DNA from: Ophelia neglecta
Taxonomy: Eukaryota
Direction: 5' to 3'
Length of the DNA stretch: 64,000 nucleotides
Assembly: GCA_965285935.1 (NCBI GenBank)
Contig: OZ260667.1
Location: forward strand, 29,512,001 to 29,576,000
Shown: positions 51,601 to 64,000 of the stretch, piece after piece
Position numbering within the stretch: the stretch's first letter is position 1
Layout: each line of letters opens with the position of its first letter
Notes under the pieces: model-generated
Told to the model about the DNA's origin: nothing
Seen by the model: only the letters and a program-made list of their open reading frames with translations
The model's database searches: none
Translations under genes and position numbers: made by a program

Positions 51601-52849
51601 CACATGGTCATAGTTTAACGAGTTTATGAAATATGAATTTCAAGGGATGGGGGGATAGTTACAATTATTTTCTTCAAAATTGAATGTAACCATTCAACCG
51701 TCCTAGGAATATATTTGTGATATCTGCTGCTTTTGAATCTTTTTCTAATCCAAAATGCTACAAAGGTATCATGACCTGGTCAATTATCAAATTTACCAAA
51801 ATCCATTCTTCGTCCAGCTCGATTAATATTTTGCTTAAATTCGGCGCCGAGTTTGATGGATGAACAACCAAGTCGAGATATACGGCATCATATGCCCAGT
51901 CGGTGCATATAAAAATTCGGGGCACGAGGGAGAGGGTCTCGTCGCCCCGAGGGTGGCGTGAGTGGAATACTGGGCCACCATAAAGGGGCCAACCTAGAGG
52001 CCAATTATCCCCCGATAAAAAGGTTTTAGAAAACTCCTAGTCAAGCCTTACCTGATACAGACTGTCGAGCTTAACACACGTACTAGTTCCAAATTAAACC
52101 AAATTTCATCACACTGGTTTATTGTACATGTATATATATATATATTTATTTATAATAGCCTTAACGTTATTGTACACTTTCACAGGGATACATAAATTAT
52201 GTATTACAAACATTCAACACACCTTCAATACATAAAACACAACTTTAATTATAAGTTCACATGTGTCGTAATGACGTAGGCACATTGGTGGTACCACCAA
52301 TGGGACGCTTATAAGAACTCAAATCATACGATACATATGATCTGAGGTGTGGCTTTAATGATGGCATTGTGTTGCATCTTCCATACCACAGTCTATGTAT
52401 TTGATTGATCATGAAAGTAATTGTTCCATCATTATCATGACAAACGTTAATATCGATTTAAATCAGAAGTTAACTTGTCATATAGAGGCTCATCTGTTAT
52501 ATTCTATGGAATTCAGTCACGACAAATGTAAGGCAGGTCGTTGAGGTCATGAATATCAGTTTCATGTGTAGGCTGAACCTTATTTGGATTGAACTACACC
52601 AGCGGATGTTTCGTATACATGTATGTCCGGTTTAATAGACAGAACCACGATAATATTAGTAAGTCCGACAAATTTCGTCATGATACAGCTAGTCTCGTAC
52701 AATAATTTAGAAATATTTTTTCCAAAAATGTAAACAAAATTTCTATGCAGTGAACTTGTGCATGTCTGTTTAGCAACGCTTCTTATAACATGCGCTGTGT
52801 ATCGTTCCAAACATGACATTCATTGAATTTCTCCCATTAAAGGGGTTAT

Positions 52850-52892
52850 TTTCTCGATAAGACCAACTGGGTTAATTGGTCTTATCGAGAAA
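52850..52892. repeat. Perfect 17-bp inverted repeat with 9-nt spacer
   Basis: TTTCTCGATAAGACCAA-ctgggttaa-TTGGTCTTATCGAGAAA. Confidence 0.9.
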
Positions 52893-55800
52893 TCACAATA
52901 CAACATAAGCTTGCAAATTAATCGCTAATTCTCATAAAGCCCCGTGGTAGCTTTATGAAAGGTGCCTCGGAAGTGCAGCGCTGGACTGCCAGATTTAGTA
53001 CTCGCTAAGTCGGGGAAGTCTCGGAAGACGAGTACAGACAGTTATGTGCCAAAGATGAATGAACACATAGGGACTTGCCTCGAAAAGGGACGAGGACACA
53101 ACGTTCCTTAAGTCTGTATATCAAAAAAAGCATGCTGTGTGCACTCGCTCACTATAGAGAAAATAAATTAACTGTAGCAAATAGTAGATGACATCTTAAG
53201 TAAGCCAAGTCTCCCTAATGGCCTTAGGGAGAGTGAACTAAAGGAAACACAATCCAAATGTAAACGAAAAATATCCTTGAAGACGTTATCATCATTGTGT
53301 TGTTCAAACTGAATGTATCTTGAAAGCATTTATGCATTTTCGTAAATATGTATTTATATATAATTTTAATGTGAGATATGAACCTAAAGTATAAGTTAAT
53401 AAGCAGGCACATAAATTTATTGCAGATTTTTAAATTATAGAATCGTTAAGTTGCCCCTTTCTTGTATGCCACTATTAAAATGTTATGTTTTCGGTAACAA
53501 TAATTTAGTAACCAACGTACTGGCGGATGAGAGTTTATTAAAGGCGTATATATACATACTTAGAGAATATGTAAGGAAACTTCTCCTTGAAAACACTTAC
53601 ATCAAGTATACAAGGTATTCTGGACAGGGTGAATATGAAACACTTCCGTTTTCTTACCAGCAATGGAATAACATGCTGCTAACTTGGTAAAGTGAATAAG
53701 GCACCCTTTTATTTTGGCTCCACACGTACATCTGCCAAAAAATATGCAAGCGGTTCCTTACTTCGATGGGCATAACTATCAGACATATAAACAGCTGTCA
53801 TTTGCAGAGAATGAAGAAAAGCAATGACAATTTGTTCCTAAACGTTAGAATACAAAGCATAGTGTGACTTCCTGCTTTCTTTACCTGGTGGATTCATATA
53901 AGTAAGAAAGTAAATTATGTACTATTGTGACATGTGCTGTAAAATATATATTCAATGCGTTAACAAAAGCAGCCGGCCCAGATGGTCTATAAGTCACTAA
54001 GGTGAAAATTTTGGATTCAAGGCGTGTGGTCGCCTAAGCCTGCAGAACGTATTACCCTGAACAAAAATTTAGACACCAGGGGAGTTTCATTGCTCTTGTT
54101 TACAATGAAACATGCGCTTTTGAAAAGGGCTCTTCTAACGAAATGTGTACCTTCTTATTATGGAGAGGAAGGAGAAAGTTGTTGTCCAGATTTCTGGAAG
54201 ACGTCAGAATGAAGCTTTTAACTACAGTGTAGTAATTTCATAAGGCACTATAGTGCAGAAATAGAGCTACAAATATTCCCTTTTATTTTAAACTAAACCA
54301 AAGATGAACCTTCCACACAGTGAATGCAGGGCATTTATTACTTCTTATCACTTCTTTCAGAAGCGTTGTAATAGTTGCCAATAATATACGAGTCGCTGGC
54401 ACGTTTTTTTTGCAAATGCATTCTGAATAATCGCCGGCCTCACCCACAACAAGAGCATATTGGTGGTATGCTCAAAGCAATTGAATACCTAATTCGCAGC
54501 GCCATCGGGCGAGCGCTGTTCTAAACAAGAACGAATAGAAAACAGCAGAGCTTTAGATAGATGGCGAGGCCAAGCAATCGATATCCCAGGCGATTAATCA
54601 ACGCACAGAAACTCCATCGCTTAAAGCTTTGCTCAAGGATTGCGTCATTGAAAGTTCAATTGTCCTCGCGACAAGGCACTGTATACTTGCGTTTGTCTCG
54701 GTTCATCTGAGTGCGTGCGCATATATAATGCTTTGTTTCCCTTCACATGTCCTGAATGAACTGCACTGAAAACTCCCCATCTCGTTTGTTGATACATTGT
54801 GTGCAGGCATGAGTGATCTAGAGAAGGTCAACTGTGATGAATAAATCAATTTTATGATGGTAGTGATTTGAAGTGTCGCGTGAAAATAATTCGGTCTTTG
54901 TAAAACTCTTTAAACGATTTAAAAGACGTGAGTTGTGGATACCGTCAGGGTCCGATACAAATTTGTGGTATTCAAATGAGTTAGATGCATGGTCGAATAA
55001 TGCACTTTGGTGAGGCTGGAATCGACATTCGTCGCGTTTGAGGTCATCAGCTCATGTTAAGCGATAACTAGTCCAAATCCAATCCCAAATATCATTACCT
55101 TGTGTTGGCATGCAAGTCAGGAGGCTGCCACGAGGGAATCACGACGGCCTCCAAGTGCCAAGAAAAGCTCTGTCCTTTAATGAAAGTAATCATCAACGAC
55201 AATGTGACCATTTCCGAGATGGCGTGAAGTCGGAGAATACAAATGTAAGTTTGAATCCTGGTATAGAGTTAGCGTGTGGTGGCACGCCGCCCGCCTCCAT
55301 CCGGGCCATTAACACCACTGGAAGTTACGAGTTCGGCGTGATAATCACAAATGTAATAGCATTCTGACCAGTGTTCTCTGCTGGAACATTATTACTGCTA
55401 ATGGTTCGATGAAATTAACTAGTAATGCCTTTGATAAAAGGCAGGCATTGCAACTTTTTTTCTTCTAATAATAGGTTAAGATAGACTCTGGATAATAATC
55501 GAAAGGGTAGATGTGTGTACATCTTTGATATAATGCAGCGATTAAGGCGTTTAGAAACTATTATTAGCAACAACAAACTATGATGGACCTTGTTGTTTTA
55601 ATATTTTTCCAAGACTTAAGTTGAATAAGATAACATGGAAGAGAAATGACGATATCGTTTTTCACGTTGTAAATATTGTAACCTCAGCATTGCCTTCATA
55701 TAAACGTATCTTAAATTCTTCCTGTCAAAGACAGACTCTCGATTTGGTTAAGTTCTTCCAATTCATTACCAGTATTTTATAGGTATATAGGAATTAGCCG

Positions 55801-58680
55801 GCTTCTACTACAAAGGTAAAAGTTTCTTACTAAAAGTCGACAATCATTTCGCGGGAAAAAAAAACACATTTTTATAGGATCGGATACTTTGTATAATATG
55901 TGTCTATCATTTGAAAGAATATAATGCGTTTGACGTCACTTCTTTTCTGTTGAAAATTCACCACTCCTACCCTAGAAGGAAGGTAGCTTTTTAAAGACAA
56001 CAAAAGATAAATTTAATTTGCACTAAATTGTATCGTTTCTGTAATGGATACATCAAATGCAGTCAGTTGGTCAGGTCTCAAATGTCATGAAGTCTAACTT
56101 ACGGTATCGTGCGATATGCTTGCTTAAATATATGTGGAGAGTAATTATTAAACTCGATATGTCAAATATTGGAAAATTACACGGCGTCCGCCCAACCCGG
56201 CGAACGTGATCAAGTAAAAGCTGGAGGATACGGACACGGGGGATCAAATGGAAATCCATCAGCTATGCAATGTCTCCTAGGCTTATGTACATGTGCATTT
56301 ACATTTAAAATGGAAAGTAAACCAGTGTGTCCTCGGGTCAATGCAGAAATGGCATTCCCTACGACCCAGTGAATTTAAGCAGCAATGTGTCAACAGAAAT
56401 ATGTTTTTTTTTAGTTATCAGATGTGTGCCGAACAGAAACTCTAAAGAAATCCGTCATTTTAGGATAAGTACTAAAATCTGCGTCGCTTTTGAGACAATT
56501 TGAAAAGCAATTTTCATGAAGAAAAACGGAAGAAACATATCCCTTATTTTAAGATGAGCATCAAAACCTGAGTCGCAATTGAGCCTAAGCAATACTCGGG
56601 TAAAATCTGACATCAAACAACAAATAGGTTTGCACCATAGAGAGCATGTACTCTGTGTAACATCTTGCATATATGCAAAACATGATATACAGGATATAGG
56701 CTGAAAGCATTTCCCTTCTTAAGGAGCATAAAAACCTTCAGAGATGAGGATAAACGTAAAGATGGAAGTCTAGGCACCCGTTCACTCGACAGCGCAGGTA
56801 ATTTAAAATGCGACGTTGCTGGCAAACCCATGCATAAGTAATCATATGACAGGCGTGCGGCTATACATCTGTATGTATCAAGATGGCGATGACGCAATAG
56901 GGGCCCTTGTCTTGGCAGGTCCCTAACAAGGAGCTGCCAGTTGAGCAAACCACCCGACTCCCATCGACGTCAGTAAGCTTAGCAAACAAAGACCGCCGAC
57001 AGCTCCAGGGTATCAATGAGAACAAATGGACATCAATAACGGGCACAACGTCGGGTCTGACAGCCAAACGCCCAGCCTGGCCGCTAAAGCGAATGTCCGA
57101 AAATAATACCTGGGACGGTTCAGGATACTTGAGAAATAAACATTATTCTTCGATAGTAAAATTCGAATTATTAACTTCAGTTGACGTGTGCATGCACGTT
57201 CCCGGCAAGGTGCCTGGACGGCCGCATTAAGGCTTGGTTAATTGATTCCTAGCAAGGACAGAAAAAAGGCAAATGTGGGCGTATAATTACTAAACTCCTT
57301 ATACCACATGCATTTATTTTTTGGCTGATATTAGGGGGATAGGGCAAACATTGTTTGAAAAAATTGAAGTAGTATATATTGTGTTGTATTGTGAAAGGAA
57401 CAGTCACTCTAACAGAACCATGCTATTTGAACAATTCTTTAAAAAATTAAACTTAAAAACCAAATCGGACTTGTTTTCTCTACAACTCTCTATTTTAACT
57501 TTCTACTTTCGCCTACTCAGTCTCAGAAAACGTATTGAATGTGTGTACTTTGTATTAACTGACACTCGCCTTTCCGGAATGAAGTATTTGGGCAGACCTG
57601 GCATGCTTCTAGGGTAGGCTTTCTGTCAGTATTCTGCCGAATATAATCACAGATAATCATTTAACACATATCAACTGTCTGGTAAAGACCTCGCCCAACC
57701 AGTCATCCTTCAGTTGGGCACGGCAGATACAAGGGAATCCCTTGCACAACTTTCTATAGCCATCTTGGCCTAGTCAACTCCAACTAATAGCCCATGATCG
57801 CCAATGGATCATAGTCAGTCTAAACAGAAGATCATGTCCGATTCGCCGTAATAAATTCAATTTTTATGGTGTTATGCCAGGGCTGGGTGTTAGGGTTGAG
57901 ACAGACCAGGACCAACAGAAATCACGAGTCGGTCGAGGACAGACAGTGTAGCACTGTTTTCCATCATCTAAATCATCGCGTTTGTTATTCCTTCATCTGG
58001 GCGTTTATTTTGCTTGCGGCTGTTTTGATGTGTGTGAACTGCTTGTTGAACGATTGTCTTATTTCAATTTGCCGGCAGCATTAGCCTCGGAGAATTTTGG
58101 ACGTAACAGACGCCTTGGTCTTGTACTATGGGATTCTGCCAGCCGGGAACAACGTGGCCCGAACAACGGTAAATCTCACGACGATATTGCTTTCTCTCCT
58201 CACATCATAGTTCTCAATGTTATTACCTCGCCTGAAAGTCATATTGGCTGCAAATGATGGACGGGGACGCAGAGTAAACTCGATATGAAAATCACCACTC
58301 GGCTGTGGCATGAAGGAACGGGCATTTGGACTAGACCACGAAATTAACAAGTATTTTTAACGGTTACTTGCATCGGGAAGTTTCTGTGGGAAATTCTCTA
58401 AGACTTGGTGTTGATTTATGTATCATATAGAATTTGTTAAGAATGGGAAATTAATAGTCAATTTTGTAACAAGTTCACTACTGGGTACTGATTTTACAAT
58501 TCAATTTTTATACTTCAATTTTATATCAATTACGATCTCATACTATTAAGAAAAAAATACATATTAATTTGCTTTCTTATGAAAAGTTCGATCGAGACAA
58601 TAAAGTATTTTGTCTGCTGATATATTCTCGGGAGTTTTCCATCATTGGGGAATGAAGTTATGAATTAAAAAGGAGCTTAC

Positions 58681-58751
58681 CTTTCAGAATCCGGCCCAGT
58701 CGCCGGCCGACTTACGGTGTGACGCCCGAGCGAACCACTGTGGTCCCACAC
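58681..58751 (-). other. Candidate isolated exon with two alternative donors (possible distal 5'UTR or alternative N-terminal exon)
   Basis: gtatcgtttcag| acceptor; donors |gtaagt (exon 58716-58751, 36 nt) and AG|gtaagc (exon 58681-58751, 71 nt); GC-rich island in AT-rich context. Confidence 0.4.
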
Positions 58752-59505
58752 CTGAAACGATACAAATGCTAATGTCAGGTTTCAGGGACAGTCGGCTCAC
58801 TTAAGTTATTTTCTTCTGGAGAAAAATGTGAAGTGCAGCATCTGTCGAACATATGAATGTATACTTTCTAGGTTCCAGCACGATAACACAAGTCATTATT
58901 TTTAAGAGTCTGTGTGAGCACGCTCAGGCTATATTGCACGTGCTACTATAACTAATGATGAAACAAATGTTAACTTGTACTGGCATCAAGAAAATGAGCA
59001 CTCGGTTTACTTATGTGACAAATAATATAACACAGAAATGATAATTATTTCAAGATAAAATTATGAGGGTCTGGTTTTCCGGAGATATACATGGGTGTTG
59101 TATTTAATGGCTTAAGCTGAATAAGCTCAACGTTTAGCAGACTTGTTTATGTTTTGTCCATGGAAAATAACAGGCGTGTTTCCGGGTACAAAGATCGTTA
59201 TAGAACAGGTACGTACGGATTTTATTTTTTATATCAAGGTGGACATTGGAACATTTTCCTTGGGACTTAGTTTTCCCAGGCTTAAATTGTTCAGGAGAAT
59301 GATGTTGTAAACGAACCAAAACACACTTATAAAATTAGTGAAAGAAGATAAAATTTAAATATGTTATATCTGTTTTTCTGGAATAGCTTTCTTTTGATAT
59401 TTCATATGCGTTTGAATTATATATTCCCCATTATTAATTGGTATCTGTAGGCGATTGGCCTTTGAAGCGGAATTGCCAATTTCTAAACTTATACTTCCAT
59501 ATTTG

Positions 59506-59755
59506 CAATGACGTGCGCGTAGACAATGGCCTGCGCGTTGACAATGACGTGCGCGTAGACAATGACGTGCGCGTAGACAAACGACGTGCGCGTAGACAAT
59601 GACGTGCGCGTAGACAATGGCATGCGCTTAGACAAATGACGTGCGCGTTGACAATGACGTGCGCGTAGACAATGGCGTGCGCGTAGACACGCACGTGCGC
59701 ATAATGGCGTGCGTGTAGACAATGACGTGCGCGTAGACAATGACGTGCACGAAGA
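59506..59755. repeat. 18-bp CpG-rich minisatellite (CAATGACGTGCGCGTAGA), about 13-14 copies
   Basis: Tandem copies directly visible. Confidence 0.95.
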
Positions 59756-62700
59756 AAGCATTCTTCACAACCTGGTGGCTGCGCTTTTTATCGAAGCGTA
59801 GGAGCTCAACAGTGTCAGATTATACGGCATACATGTAATTTAATAGGCCTATTACGTGGAATTTGAATTATCATGATGCACTTTCTTGTATACAATTGAT
59901 CGAATCCTTTAGTTTTAGGCCTTGTAGTTCTATCATTTGCAGTTGTTGTCCTTACATTGTACACGCATCATGTATAAACATAATATCCAGTATTCACAAT
60001 TCATCCGTTGAAATTACCTACACTTAAATATAGATTAAAATATAACAGCCAGGCTCTGGAATAACAATATTTTAACATGCGCGACGCCACAGGTTGGAGC
60101 GTGGCCATTTAACTGGGTGTCAATGGCCGATAGAGGGCGATGTATGAGATTCAAGCGCTATGATGTTTTTCATCAACTGCGCTGGCTGATGGCGCTGTGG
60201 TTGAGTACATATGCGTAAAAAGCCAAGGCAACCGGATGTCAGGAGAGTGTGTGTGTGTGTGTGGGGGGGGGGGGGGCTTAGTTAAATTTACATCCGTGGA
60301 ATGGTTTATAAACCTGGAAAGGCGCTCAAGAGTTGTTATTATAGTATTAACATTATTTAATAGGGTGTCAAATGTACAAACCCATATATCAAATTGCAAA
60401 TCGTCACTCTAGTCACATCATTTCTTTAAAACAGCTTAATTCAATGGGAATGCAGTATTTCAATTCTCAAGTTTCAAGTAGAATCAAGTCAAGTTGCTCA
60501 TGGAAATGGGGACGAATGTCAGGGACGAAGAAATGTCCTGAAGGTCATTCGGCTAATGTGAATGATGAAGACTCTCTTTCTGAATGAGGTTTTCCCTTGT
60601 TCATAACGCTGTACCATTATCTTTGAAAAGCGACGTAAGGAATAAACAAGTAACTTTAAAATGTCATATCGCCTTCGTATTCAGGTATTGGTATGCACTT
60701 CCTGCAGTTATGCTCGTTGGAGTAACGAATATACAAACCACAGGGTGGTTGACGAACGGTGCATGCGGCTAGCAAGACCGACTCCAACGTTCGAGTGATA
60801 ATAATAATGTACAGATAAGAGCTCTGTGGGCGATCCTGCACGTCACATAGATGAGTTGCCGGCAGTCAAGGGGCCGCTACAAATAAAGCTGGCTCTGTCA
60901 TTCATAAACACCCACATTGAATAATAATTTTCCATATTTGAAGTGTTTGATGTAAACAATATAATTATTGTTTTTTCGTGATGTTCTTTGCTTCCATGGC
61001 TTAAAGCTTTCTACAATTGATCTTTAGAGGTAAAATCTGATGATACAAATAAAGCGGGCTCCCGTTTGAATATATATCATCAGGCCCAGAGACTTTCGTA
61101 CGTGTTGCACTTCGATAATCAATATGTCCAACATATGTTGTGCATCCGTTGAACTAAAAAAATAACATAACGCATTGACCCATTTAAATGGATTTATATA
61201 TATAAGTGTTCATAAGTGAAATAGCAGTTAGCTCACTTGATGTATATTCCTCTCCCCTCTGACTTTTATAGGCCAGGACTCTATCGGCCCTTAAGGTTCT
61301 AATAGATATTAATCTGTTGACCCTCTTGACCAATATTAGTTGTGCAGTCCGATCAGTGCATTAATGAGTTTGGGCGAGGAAAGGAATACCAAAGACTTGA
61401 GCAAGTTGTGATAGGTATATACTGTGAATCACGCACATACAAATACAATCGATACACAGCAACCGACGCAATCAGTTATGTCAACACTGCACTGCAGCCC
61501 TATGGGACCAAACACTTTATAAGATACCGAAATCGTCACCGTTAAGTAAGCGCTATGGGATAGAAAGAGGGGTGGGGAAGATAGTGTCGTGACAGAGGGA
61601 TGGGGAGGTAGGGTTCGGGGAGGTGGGGTTGGTGGTGGTGAAGTGTGTGGGCGGGGGTGGGGGGGGGGTGGGGGGGCCGGGGATCAGGCAAAGTTTTGAA
61701 ATGTCAACAACAAGAACACGGACTCAAACTCGCCTGCGCGGACTCCACTAAGTTAATCAATTATGTTTCACACCAAATACTTCTGGTGCTTTATAATAAC
61801 CTACTTTCATCTATACTTTTTCTTGATTTAGCACAATTCCTGCGTTCAAAGGTCAATAACCCCATAGATTCAAGCCATTTTTCAATTACATATTATTATT
61901 TCGGGTTTTTAACGCAAGAATAACAGGCATTTTCTCTCGGTCAAAAAACATTAATTCTGACACTAGATGTGGTAACAAAAACCACACACAAACACAGAGA
62001 CGCACTCTCAATTGATCGAATGGTCTGTCTAATCTTAATGTTCCATATTAAATAAGATGGTTGGAATTTCCAGTTAGATTTTCTATTGCTGCAGAGCGCT
62101 GCGCCACATACAAAACGTTATAAGACTCATTCAGCCCCATCTGAAACAGACAATCAATGTCGATTGGCCTGCTCCCTAATAAAAGTGCGGAGGCCAAAAC
62201 GATCGAGACCGCCATGAAGGACGCAAATTGCTTCATCTGACAGCCAACATCTTCATAAGGACGATGAAGGGACGATTTGCTAGCCAGGCTCGAGCTATCC
62301 GTCGCCATGAAGAGTGTATCAGGCAGCGACAAGCGATGATTAGGCGGTCAAACATCGGAAAAGGCAGATTTGTACCAAGCGGCTTTACAGACAAACTACT
62401 TCACTTTAAACATGGCATCCTACTAATGTTTTATAGTGATCATCGGGATTTCCTTTAAAATTAACCATTTTAAACAATATTTATATTCATTACAATAGTA
62501 TATGCAAAGCCTGTCTTGAAAACGTCCGTTGCTATTTATGAAGGGAAATGTATTAGTGTCAGACTGTATGATCAGGCCCCGTGTGTTAAAATAAGTGGAC
62601 ACAAGTGTAAGTTTGATCTAAGAATTTTTAGTTGAGATCTTTCTTATTGTTGAGGTTCATCTGCAATTACTTATAATCTTAGGTGAAGCTCTGCTAAGCT

Positions 62701-64000
62701 GGATTTGAGTACCCTGGTATGTTAAAGTAGTGATGCTCATTTGACGAGTTCCAAATGGGATGTTTCAATGAATAATTTTCCATTCAGTGTACATGTTAGA
62801 AATAGTCACCACTGCTTTTAAAATGAATCAGACTTCTTTTTATTTAAATCAGCTTAATGCCCATATATTTATATTGACAATAAGTGTTTGCAGCATGTTT
62901 AGCCCTTATTCCTATATTCAGTGGTATTGAAAGTTAAGACAATGAACTAATAGAGATTGATTCAATAATTAACCAAAATTTTCACACTCTAATAATATTA
63001 ATGGAGGCATCAAAGTGAACAAAAACAAGCATTACACAATTTGAGCACACCCTAAAATATCTGTACCCAATTCTTTAGCCTAGATTGAACAAAGCTACCA
63101 TGTTATGATAAGAAAAATATTATTAAATGCTCGAGCAACTGTAGTGGGAAGATCAATGAAAAATGAAAGAAATAGGAGGGTTCTAGTATCAACCCTTAGG
63201 TTACTCCGAGGATTATTTCAACATAATATGAAACTATTCCGTATCCCAGTCCACAGACTGTGTTCTAGGCGTCAGATTGTGCTCAACCATCGATGACAAT
63301 TATGCGGATACCTTATATTTCCAATCTAGTCAATAAAACTTATGTTCAAAATATATTTTTAAAAATATAGTGTAAAAACACTTTAAATTGTAGATCATAA
63401 CACATAATTATGCCCCTAGAATAGTTTATTTTCCAAACGCAGCGTGATCCGGAGTTATTTAGTTGAGATTATACAAAAATATGATTTGAGCTGATTTTGA
63501 ACCATATTTTCAAATAATCTTGCAAGGTGAGAAATCACACAAATAGGCCGAGAGTTATCTGGTTCATCCCTTGGACACTTGCTTCTATATATTAATGTCA
63601 TGCGGACAGTCTTGAAAGCAATAGGAAAGCAAGCTCCGCTTAAAGATGTTCTAAAACATCAGTCAAAGATGAGGCGGTGACGTCCGAAGACAATCTTAAG
63701 CCTTTATGGTCAAAGCCTATAATATCGAGGTTTGACTTGTCTCCCAGATTTAACAATAACTTCTTATAGTTTCCAATATATTTATACACAAGCAAGAGGC
63801 GCCACTGATATAGCGCCATTAACAATTATGCGGGATGTTTTGATAATTATAAACTAATGGGGATGATATACATTATATGTCACAGTAGCACATGCCAACA
63901 TAAACGACTAGGTACTGTGTTTTTTTTTTACAAAAACATCAATGTTTATTACTGACTTAACAAAAATTGGCGGAAGATTCCAGAGTAATAGGGTAAATAC

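Noticed and set aside
59434-59761. Repetitive ORFs (STRTSL / VYAHVI)
   Set aside because: Translations of the 18-bp minisatellite.
61565-61685. G-rich tracts (also 21618-21675, 37688-37850, 60246-60276) as functional G-quadruplexes
   Set aside because: Simple low-complexity runs common in such genomes; no evidence of function from sequence alone.
62048-62332. Signal-peptide-like stretch MKQFASFMAVSIVLASALLLG as a distal first exon
   Set aside because: No convincing donor site follows it.

Overview
Eukaryotic genomic DNA, AT-rich and mostly intronic or intergenic; a marine invertebrate (possibly a lophotrochozoan) is my inference only. The window holds one recognisable protein-coding gene, on the minus strand: an anion-selective Cys-loop (pentameric) ligand-gated ion channel subunit of the glycine-receptor/GluCl-like group. 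I assembled it by hand from GT-AG exons: signal peptide (40538-40635), two symmetric phase-2 N-terminal small exons (19632-19688, 17026-17049), helix-1 exon (14865-14926), 68-nt exon (12623-12690), Cys-loop exon (10839-10921) and loop B/F/C exon (10051-10182). The gene carries two clusters of tandemly duplicated, phase-matched and apparently mutually exclusive exons. There are TWO versions of the 230-nt ligand-binding loop D/A/E exon (12036-12265, 11731-11960) and FOUR versions of the ~400-nt exon encoding the end of loop C plus the whole M1-M2(pore)-M3 block and start of the intracellular loop (8323-8720, 6026-6426, 4497-4897, 2831-3219). One locus could thus build at least 2 x 4 = 8 subunits with swappable binding face and swappable pore. 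I found no M4 exon; it presumably lies beyond position 1. The rest of the window contains minisatellites, short TIR elements (one inserted into a minisatellite with a 6-bp TSD) and a decayed LINE-like region. Most ORFs in the supplied track are spurious. Exon numbering is my own.
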